Below, piece by piece: positions 57,256-64,000 of a stretch of 64,000 nucleotides of DNA (the stretch's first letter is position 1; every line of letters starts with the position of its first letter). A program made the translations under genes and the position numbers. Below the pieces are notes generated by a model, which saw nothing but the letters and a program-made list of their open reading frames with translations, had not been told where the DNA came from and searched no databases. This stretch comes from Candidatus Bathyarchaeota archaeon (lineage in GTDB: Archaea > Thermoproteota > Bathyarchaeia > TCS64), in assembly GCA_043826455.1 (NCBI GenBank), contig JBDRQD010000036.1:24795-88794 (forward strand). Reading direction: 5' to 3'.

Positions 57256-58190
57256 CAGAGCCCGAGACTAGGACAGCTGACCTCTGCCCCGAGTGCGGCG
57301 CCTCCCTCCTCCAGGACGATGTCGCCGGCGAGGCGGTGTGCCCGGTGTGCGGCCTAGTGGCCTCAACCCTTATGCTCAGCAGGGGGGCCGAGTGGAGCCT
57401 ACACGAGCCCAGCGACCATGACAGCCTGCCCAGGGCCTCGCCCCTCCTAGTCCCAGCGCTGGCAGCCGACACCACCACCATAAGCAGGTTCTGGAGCCAC
57501 CCCGACCCCGAGACCCGAGCCACCATGCACCGCATCACCCGGATCCAACGCAAGCTCATGGACTCCCAGGACCGCAACTATCACGAGGCCCGAAACATCC
57601 TCATGGCCCTGGCGGACAGGGCAGACACCCCATGGAGGCTGCGCCAACACGCCGCAGCCCTCTACCGCAGAGCACACGTACGCGGCCTGGCTAAGGGCCG
57701 CGCCATCCACAGCATGGTGGCGGGCTGCATATACGCGGCATACCGCCTAGGCGCCCACACACGAACCCTCACCGAGCTGGCGGAAGCCATGGACGTGGAC
57801 CCCAAGGACCTGGCCCTCACTTACCGCCTCCTGTGCACCGGTTTAGGACTCCGCCCGGGTAAGCAGCTGGCCGAGGACCACGCAGCCAGGCTGGCCGAGG
57901 CCCTGCACCTGACGCCTGAGGAGACGCGGGCAGCCCAGGATATGCTGGTGGAGGCCCGCCGCCTGAAGCTCACCGCAGGTCAGCACCCCAGGGGGCTGGC
58001 CGCAGCAGCCGTCTACCTGGCCACGGTGAACACCAGGCCGCATGGGAAGAGGATCAGCCAGAAGATGATAGCCGAGGCAGCCGGTGTCACCGAGGTCACC
58101 GTCAGGAACCAGTACAAGAAGCTCGAAAAAGTCCTCCCCTGTTTTACCAGTTTTACCATCCTTACCGTTTACCAACAAATCGAAGGATGA
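57252..58190 (+). CDS. tfb: Element-encoded transcription initiation factor IIB (TFB) homolog
   Basis: Zn ribbon CPEC...CPVCGLV, GAEW B-reader, two cyclin folds (KGR...AGCIYAA; G..P.GLAAAAVY) and HTH ISQKMIAEAAGVTEVTVRNQYK. GTG 57252 overlaps the upstream stop. Confidence 0.92.
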   Translation: MTEPETRTADLCPECGASLLQDDVAGEAVCPVCGLVASTLMLSRGAEWSLHEPSDHDSLPRASPLLVPALAADTTTISRFWSHPDPETRATMHRITRIQRKLMDSQDRNYHEARNILMALADRADTPWRLRQHAAALYRRAHVRGLAKGRAIHSMVAGCIYAAYRLGAHTRTLTELAEAMDVDPKDLALTYRLLCTGLGLRPGKQLAEDHAARLAEALHLTPEETRAAQDMLVEARRLKLTAGQHPRGLAAAAVYLATVNTRPHGKRISQKMIAEAAGVTEVTVRNQYKKLEKVLPCFTSFTILTVYQQIEG

Positions 58191-58335
58191 TCTCTTGACA
58201 CCGCACCCCTGGGCTCTACCCGTCTCCCCCACGGATTTTTTTCCCGAGGAAAAAGCGGTAAACAGTAAAAACGGTAAAACCAGTAAAAATCCGAGTCGTC
58301 TTTTACCAATTTTACCAGCCTTACCGTTTACCAGT
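58142..58335. repeat. Iteron array: three blocks of four TTTACC-like repeats (+,-,+); candidate replication origin
   Basis: Blocks at 58142-58174 and 58301-58333 are 31/33 identical; block 58255-58289 is an inverted, more diverged copy; 8-9 bp period. Confidence 0.75.
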
Positions 58336-58375
58336 CATCCGGGAGGCTACCGGGCTGGGTGAGTGGAGCCGCTAC

Positions 58376-60286
58376 ATGAACCCGGTGCTAAGGTTCTACG
58401 TCGTTGAGCACCTGTTCACCAAGGTCCAGGCCACCCACAGCAACCGCCTACAGGGCATAGAGCCCCTGTGGAGCATCTACGCGGCCAAGATGGAGAACGA
58501 GTACCCGCCCATCCTGATATTCGACAAGGAGCGCCGGCTGCGTCCTCAGAGCAGGGAGCTGTGCCTTGCGCCCATAGACGAGTCCGACGGCCTCCTGGAG
58601 TACGTAGGCGGGCTCTCGCCGGCAGCCTACAAGCAGCTAGTCTCGGCCATCAAGGAGAACGGCGTCTACGTTGAGACGGGTGAGGACGCCCCCACCCTGG
58701 ACCAGCTTCTAGCCCGCAGCGGCATATGCTACCGGCCCGTATCACGCATCAGGGACATCTACGAGATTGAGACCCTGGAGTGGGAGCCCTTCGTGGACAG
58801 GCTGATCCGGTGGGACGCCGAGGAGAAGGACCCCCGCCTCTGCCTGGCCCACAAGGCCCAGCTACTCAGGGGCATCGAGCCCAGGCTTAACGCCCACGCC
58901 CTCATAGTCACCAACGCCGGCACCGGGAAGAGCATCCACTACCAGGTGAACGGCATCCCCATAGACAAGGCCACCAAGAACGCCTTCCTGGGCTACGCTA
59001 AGAGCCCCCGCGAGGTTTACAAGGGCACCGTGGACGGCGAGGAGCTTCCCATCGGGGTGGACCAGATCGAGATCGGGGCCTGGGGTATCATGGACTATAT
59101 GTTCAACATCATGGAGTATGGGGAGGCCACGGTGAGCAGCGGGGCCACAAAGTTCCCCGTGAAGAGCTGGTCGCCTTATGCCTTCATGGCGAACCCGCTG
59201 ACGGACGTCGTGAACGTGGAGAAGAGCTTCGGCATCCTCATGGACCACATAAGCAGGAACCCCGCCATAGGTCGACGCTTCGGCGTCCTCATCTACGGCA
59301 CCGACTACGCCATCATCAAGACTAGGAGCACCCCTGAGAGCCTGGATCAGTGGAGGCGTCAGACGGCCTTCTTCCGGGCCATAGAGGAGGCCGCCAGGCC
59401 GGAGCTCCAGAGGATCATGTGGAGCCAGGAGGTGTGGGACTGGATCAATCGTGAGATTCAGGGTTATGCGGAGCGCATGGATCGCATCGCCAAGGGCTGC
59501 AACGACGACACTATACGGGTCTTTTTCATGGAGCATGGGCGGGCTGGGCAGTCGAGGGTAAGGGCGGCGGCCCTTCAGGTGAGCCTAGTGGATTATCTTC
59601 AGGACATAGCCCTTGGCCGGTATAGCTTAGAGGCTATCCTTGACCACGCCGAAGAGGTTCTGCCGGGCTTCACCAGGCTCAACTTGGAGTCGGCTATCAA
59701 CATCGTCCGGAACATCGGGGACGAGAGGCGGTTCATGGCGGAGCACTGGCTGGAGATGTGCCCAGAGTACATGAAGGAGATCGTGTACGCCGTCGAATAC
59801 GCACGGCGAAGCAGTGTGTTGGGCAGCTTCTTCAACCTGGGTGACATAGATTACAGGCCTGCCGCTGAGGGTTACAGCCACCTGAGCGTCTGCATAAGCA
59901 AGCTGGTCAAGCGCAAGCGGGGCCTGGTGGAGTGGAACCAGAGGTGCCGGGAGTACTTCGGGTTCAGCTTTCAGCCCCAGGGCAGCCAGCTACAAGTCAT
60001 CCTGGAGAGCCGCACCCCCGTCGAGTGGTTAAGCCTACCCGGCTACGACAAGCCTAAGGTAGAAGAAGGGGAGGCCGAGACGCCCCACGCGTCCAACATC
60101 CAGGACCTCTACCGTAAGGCGGAGGAGGCGCTAGGGGAGAAAGGCTGGATGTGGGCCGGAGAGTTCTGGGACACCCTGGAGAAGCTAGGCCATCCGCGGA
60201 AGTACGCGGAGTACCCGCTGAAGAACCCTGATAGCCCCGTTGAGTTCGTTGGGTTCAAGGTTCGGCTCAAGGAGGTGAGGCAGTGA
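58376..60286 (+). CDS. Divergent MCM-like AAA+ helicase
   Basis: HALIVTNAGTGKS (Walker A), VDQIE (Walker B), IMEYGEATVSSGA (pre-sensor-1), MANP (sensor 1) and RRF (Arg finger) appear in MCM order. Confidence 0.7.
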   Translation: MNPVLRFYVVEHLFTKVQATHSNRLQGIEPLWSIYAAKMENEYPPILIFDKERRLRPQSRELCLAPIDESDGLLEYVGGLSPAAYKQLVSAIKENGVYVETGEDAPTLDQLLARSGICYRPVSRIRDIYEIETLEWEPFVDRLIRWDAEEKDPRLCLAHKAQLLRGIEPRLNAHALIVTNAGTGKSIHYQVNGIPIDKATKNAFLGYAKSPREVYKGTVDGEELPIGVDQIEIGAWGIMDYMFNIMEYGEATVSSGATKFPVKSWSPYAFMANPLTDVVNVEKSFGILMDHISRNPAIGRRFGVLIYGTDYAIIKTRSTPESLDQWRRQTAFFRAIEEAARPELQRIMWSQEVWDWINREIQGYAERMDRIAKGCNDDTIRVFFMEHGRAGQSRVRAAALQVSLVDYLQDIALGRYSLEAILDHAEEVLPGFTRLNLESAINIVRNIGDERRFMAEHWLEMCPEYMKEIVYAVEYARRSSVLGSFFNLGDIDYRPAAEGYSHLSVCISKLVKRKRGLVEWNQRCREYFGFSFQPQGSQLQVILESRTPVEWLSLPGYDKPKVEEGEAETPHASNIQDLYRKAEEALGEKGWMWAGEFWDTLEKLGHPRKYAEYPLKNPDSPVEFVGFKVRLKEVRQ

Positions 60287-60741
60287 GCTTTCCCAGGACC
60301 CTGTGGAGCAGCGAAAAGTCTGATTGGGGCACACCACTGGAGCTTTACCATGCTCTGGACAGCCACTTCAGGTTCACTCTTGACCCCTGCACCACGCCTG
60401 ACAACCCTCTGGGGACGCCGAAGTACTACACAGTGGAGGACGACGGGCTGGCCAGGAGCTGGGCTGGGGAGCGGGTGTTCGTTAACCCGCCTTACAGTAG
60501 GCGCAGAGACGAGCCGGCCGCATGGGTTAGAAAAGCCTATCTTGAGGCACTTAACGGCGGAGCGGTGTGTGTACTGCTGCTGGCGGCCCGCACCGACACC
60601 GCCTGGTTCCACGACTACTGCAGCCACGGGCTCATCGGCTTCATCCGGGGCCGCCTCAGGTTCCGTGGGGCCAGGAGCAGCGCGCCCTTCCCCAGCATGA
60701 TCGTTGTCTTCGGGGAGGGCTACTGGAGGCTGGAAAGGTGA
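60283..60741 (+). CDS. Phage-type DNA N6-adenine methyltransferase (Dam family)
   Basis: DWGTP, FTLDPC, VFVNPPYS, ARTDT.WF, GRLRF and APFPS motifs. Confidence 0.9.
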   Translation: MSFPRTLWSSEKSDWGTPLELYHALDSHFRFTLDPCTTPDNPLGTPKYYTVEDDGLARSWAGERVFVNPPYSRRRDEPAAWVRKAYLEALNGGAVCVLLLAARTDTAWFHDYCSHGLIGFIRGRLRFRGARSSAPFPSMIVVFGEGYWRLER

Positions 60742-60917
60742 TCCGCAGCTTCGAGGCAGCCGTTGGATGGATCCCTGAGAGGATATGCGGAGAGTGTAGT
60801 TGGATACGTGACTATTGTGGTCGGCAAGTGTGTTATCACGGAGGCCAGGTGGGTAGAACCGTCCGGGGAGACGAGGACGCTACTTTCTGCGAGGGCTTCG
60901 AGGAGGCGGATCTGTGA
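60738..60917 (+). CDS. Small Cys-rich viral protein
   Basis: CGEC...C...C.H...C; GTGA coupling. Confidence 0.6.
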   Translation: MIRSFEAAVGWIPERICGECSWIRDYCGRQVCYHGGQVGRTVRGDEDATFCEGFEEADL

Positions 60918-61153
60918 GAGACTTGGACATGGAGCTGGTTGAGGTCTACCGGGAGCAGCTTCTCAGGGTGGCCGAGTCCAGAGACCTTTCAGCCTTAGGC
61001 AAGGAGGACATGGCCATACTGAGGGAAGCCGGAATCCTCGTCGATTACCTTGACTGGAGGAGTGGCGCCACCTACACTGGGCTAAGCCCATGGGCCCGCC
61101 GCCAGGTGCTAGGGCTCCCCAAGGCTAGGATCATGAAGTGGAGGGCGGGATGA
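60914..61153 (+). CDS. Small viral protein (winged-helix-like)
   Basis: LREAGIL...LSPWARRQVL; coupled overlaps. Confidence 0.6.
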   Translation: MRDLDMELVEVYREQLLRVAESRDLSALGKEDMAILREAGILVDYLDWRSGATYTGLSPWARRQVLGLPKARIMKWRAG

Positions 61154-61431
61154 TTAGCAGGCTGTCGGGCAGGGTGTTCATGGAGATCAGGGTCGAGCTG
61201 CCTGACGGGAAGCGTGACCTGTACAGTCTCATTAGTAGCTTGGAACGTTACGATGTGGAGATATGGGATGAGATCTATCGGAGGAGGCCGGATAGCCGGG
61301 GCCGTATGGCTTACCGGGAAGCGGAGATCACACTGTGGGTGGACTCCGAAGACTACAAGGCCTTATGCATCACGCTGGGCAAGTTGGCTGGAAACGTAGA
61401 GTACACAACAGTCAAACCAAGAAACAGGTGA
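61150..61431 (+). CDS. Small viral hypothetical protein; last gene of the early operon
   Basis: ATGA overlap and GGAGG SD. Confidence 0.6.
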   Translation: MISRLSGRVFMEIRVELPDGKRDLYSLISSLERYDVEIWDEIYRRRPDSRGRMAYREAEITLWVDSEDYKALCITLGKLAGNVEYTTVKPRNR

Positions 61432-61605
61432 TCTGTGGGTAAAATTAGAGTCTTTACGGTTTGAAAAAAGACATATGTAAACGCATGTGTTCTATCAGGC
61501 TTCATAAATCAATATGAGAACTGTTAATGCTTTATCCGAAACGAATTGTGCGAAGTACATTATTTAGTTAATTAGATATTAACTTGTCTATTTTGAAACT
61601 TTATT

Positions 61606-62571
61606 TTATCTCATTGAGTCGCGAGGAATGTATGGAGAAATTGTTAGAGGTTCAAGTTTCTTCTTTTTAGTTATCATGTCTTCTCGTAAAATCTCAACAC
61701 CAAAGTAATTATCCAATTTACGCTGAATTGCACCTACCTTCTCCAATCTTCTGAGGATCTGGTTTAAACGCATTGGGTTAATATTTCTGCCATAATATTT
61801 TTTATATGAATCAGCTATTGAGGGTTTATTCCTGTAAACAGGCTCCTCCATCTCTAATTCTGGAAGATATATAACACTATCAACCCCAACTGTTTTTTCC
61901 AATATAGTAAGGCCAAATTCATCTCTAAGGGTTGGATACCTAATCTTAATTATATGTGAAAGAAGACTTTTCAGTAACTCCTCATCGGATTTAGATGCTT
62001 TTTCAGTAGAAATGTAAACGTTAGCTGGTACAAAATATGGTTCTTCATATCTAACAATGCCTAGGCTTTCCATTAAATTTACATATCGTCTGATTTTCAG
62101 TTTTTGTTCTTGGGGCTCATACCTTGTCAGATCAGCCTCATGAATTTTATTGTTCTCCATTAAATATTCGAGAATCAACTCAATTTTGTTGAAATGGTTT
62201 CTAAATGACTCAATTTGAATTAATTGATCTGACGAGGCGGAAACCACTATGTTCTCAGCTTGTTGTTTCCAATACTCAAGCATCATTTTAAGATTTTTCA
62301 AACATTCAGTTCCGTAGGTCGTTCGTGTCGGAATTATCTGGAATTGATCATTAAGTGTAATTTGTCCTAGATGCTCTATTTTTAAAACTCGAACTTTATA
62401 ATCAGCTGGTTCTCGATCATCAAAGATGTAGACAGGGTAGTTAGCTCTGATATTTGACAAGTAATAGTTGCCTTTATTGATATACATGGGTGGATCTACC
62501 TTTATGACCTGGCCATATTCTTTAAAGGCAAACCTTTCAACGACTGATTGAGCATCCAATATACTTGTCAT
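61606..62571 (-). CDS. AT-rich hypothetical protein with two winged-helix-like segments
   Basis: IRRYVNLMESLGIV and RLNQILRRLEKVGAI; GGAGG SD lies within the upstream gene's end. Confidence 0.75.
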   Translation of the reverse strand: MTSILDAQSVVERFAFKEYGQVIKVDPPMYINKGNYYLSNIRANYPVYIFDDREPADYKVRVLKIEHLGQITLNDQFQIIPTRTTYGTECLKNLKMMLEYWKQQAENIVVSASSDQLIQIESFRNHFNKIELILEYLMENNKIHEADLTRYEPQEQKLKIRRYVNLMESLGIVRYEEPYFVPANVYISTEKASKSDEELLKSLLSHIIKIRYPTLRDEFGLTILEKTVGVDSVIYLPELEMEEPVYRNKPSIADSYKKYYGRNINPMRLNQILRRLEKVGAIQRKLDNYFGVEILREDMITKKKKLEPLTISPYIPRDSMR

Positions 62572-62574
62572 GTC

Positions 62575-63120
62575 TCATTCCTCCCCCAAGTTAATCAATG
62601 TTTGTTGACCGGTACCACCTATTATTAACTTTATCAACATACCTTTAGGCCCCAACCGTTCTTCCATAAAATGACTTGACTCAGCTTCTCTTTGCCAATA
62701 CTCTTCTTTTTTATAAAGTGGATCTACAAAAAAAATTTTTCTTAGATCTGGGTCATACCCATTAATTACAACCACATGCCAGACATCATCATTGACGATT
62801 TTCTGGGGATCAATCCAAGCTATAATAGGTCTTTCGTCATCAATTTCAGCAGTGATTTCCGTATATCTCCCTGATATTTGTCTCTGAAATTGCATTTTAG
62901 GCCTGGATTTATCTAATAAATTATTGATGAATTCTACATTCCCCGGAACAGTGCCCCAATCTCTTTCTGTACCAATGGTTTTAGCAATTTTACGCATCGA
63001 TAATTTTTTTTGTTTAATATGAAATTTGTCAATTGTATAATTTGTTACAATTTTATAACATGTTGGTTGGCAATACATTTCTTCTGGTTGATGAAAATAG
63101 GGTAGTTTTATCAGCGGCAA
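62575..63120 (-). CDS. C39-like (papain-fold) cysteine peptidase, no signal peptide
   Basis: LPYFHQ.....C (Q-x5-C), RPII, HVVVINGYD and DP motifs. Confidence 0.8.
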   Translation of the reverse strand: MPLIKLPYFHQPEEMYCQPTCYKIVTNYTIDKFHIKQKKLSMRKIAKTIGTERDWGTVPGNVEFINNLLDKSRPKMQFQRQISGRYTEITAEIDDERPIIAWIDPQKIVNDDVWHVVVINGYDPDLRKIFFVDPLYKKEEYWQREAESSHFMEERLGPKGMLIKLIIGGTGQQTLINLGEE

Positions 63121-63460
63121 AGACCTGAATCACATCTTAATAATTTATAATGCATGTTTTTACTATTAATTTATTTTGTCATTGAAACGTATGTGGAAAG
63201 CTAGCTGATCCTGGTTCCAACCTAGGCCTTTTGGCGGGTGGTGCTGAGAAACTGGCCTGTGTGTTGGGTAGTGGCTACACGGGGGGGTACGGTTTGGTAT
63301 GGTATGTGGGGTCGGGAAGCTGGGGGTCTTGTGACTACTTTTTCTTTTAGCTTTTCTCAGTTGAACTAAGATAGTTAACGTGTTTTCAATAAGTTGTCCA
63401 TTTTTTTATTTATCTCTGATTTTTGTTCTTTCGCGATTTTGAGGTAACTTCGTTTAAATC

Positions 63461-63591
63461 TTTATAAGGTGTGCAGGGCAGCCGCCCTCGATTCGGTTGA
63501 CCGCGGCGAGCCGTACAAGAGTAGCTTCTTCCTACCCAACATCTTCGCTGTTAGCAGCTCATCGCGGCCAGCTTGAACACAAGGAGGAAAA
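63461..63591 (+). promoter_or_regulatory. TATA promoter, structured ~100-nt leader and strong SD
   Basis: TTTATAA at 63461; stem CCGCGGCGAGC (63501) / GCTCATCGCGG (63557); AGGAGG at 63582. Confidence 0.5.
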
Positions 63592-64000
63592 ATGGAATTG
63601 AATGAAACACGCCAAGCCCATGTAAAGCGCATACTCACAGTTGCATTCATACTCGGCCTAGTGTTCGCATCCCTAGGCTTCAGCGGAGTCATAACGATAC
63701 CCCTTGCCGAGGGTGCAGCAGCCAGGGTCTTCTTCTCGGCGGTGAGCCCCGACGCAAGCGGCTACCCCGTAGACGGGGCGGTGGGCATCAACGTCAAGTT
63801 CAAGTGGGAGGGCCTATCCGCCAACACCACAGTGAACATACAGCTCTGGAACGCCACCAACATGATGGAGGACCTGGGCAACTACACCGCCAACGGAGAC
63901 GCCTCAGCCAGCGGCACCGAGACCGTCCAGTACACGCCCACCGTGGAACTCACAGAGGAGACCGGCACCACAAGCTACACCCTGAAGATGCTCAGCGGCG
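63592..64000 (+). CDS. Secreted or membrane glycoprotein-like protein, partial; candidate virion protein
   Basis: Not in the ORF track. MELNETRQAHVKRILTVAFILGLVFASLG... has a hydrophobic N-terminus, then a Thr-rich beta-like region with NTT, NAT and NYT sequons; open to the window end. Confidence 0.75.
   Translation, partial: MELNETRQAHVKRILTVAFILGLVFASLGFSGVITIPLAEGAAARVFFSAVSPDASGYPVDGAVGINVKFKWEGLSANTTVNIQLWNATNMMEDLGNYTANGDASASGTETVQYTPTVELTEETGTTSYTLKMLSG

Larger units (their letters stand above)
52611..64000. mobile_element. Integrated archaeal provirus or virus-like element (left part; continues beyond the window)
   Basis: Divergent RHH pair, dense overlapping small ORFs, SSAP-like gene, TFB, iterons, MCM-like helicase, phage Dam and AT-rich cargo. 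No integrase or recognisable capsid lies inside the window. Confidence 0.85.

Noticed and set aside
58142..58335. CRISPR or mini-CRISPR array
   Set aside because: The repeats are internally periodic 8-9-mers with mixed orientation and no regular spacers, and there are no cas genes.
58084..58362. 92-aa ORF with LPxLP repeats, and the antisense ORF 57843..58232
   Set aside because: These are translations of the iteron array overlapping TFB, with no convincing start signals.

Overview
A GC-rich archaeal chromosome segment. The archaeal call rests on aIF5B, rpS6e, AglB, Cdc48, TATA-type promoters and the modified mevalonate genes. The overall gene content suggests Bathyarchaeia, but that is inference. 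Bases 1-52.6 kb are host genes: MFS transporters, a nitrilase, hsp20-cdc48, translation and N-glycosylation genes, UbiD plus aconitase-X (mevalonate pathway), peptidases, a B12 radical SAM enzyme, a hybrid histidine kinase, an AAA+/vWA pair, thiL and two tRNA-Thr genes. From about 52.6 kb to the window end lies the left part of an integrated virus-like element. It starts at a degenerate tRNA-Asn-like 3' fragment (candidate att site) and a divergent pair of ribbon-helix-helix regulators with operator repeats. A translationally coupled early operon follows, with small Zn-finger and membrane genes, a putative single-strand annealing protein, a full-length TFB homolog, a 3x4 TTTACC iteron array (candidate origin), a divergent MCM-like helicase and a phage-type adenine methyltransferase. 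After that come an AT-rich antisense cassette (C39-like peptidase plus a double winged-helix protein) and the start of a secreted glycoprotein-like gene. The TFB-iteron-MCM module and the AT-rich cassette are the best candidates for undescribed systems. All calls come from motif recognition by eye; no database searches were run.
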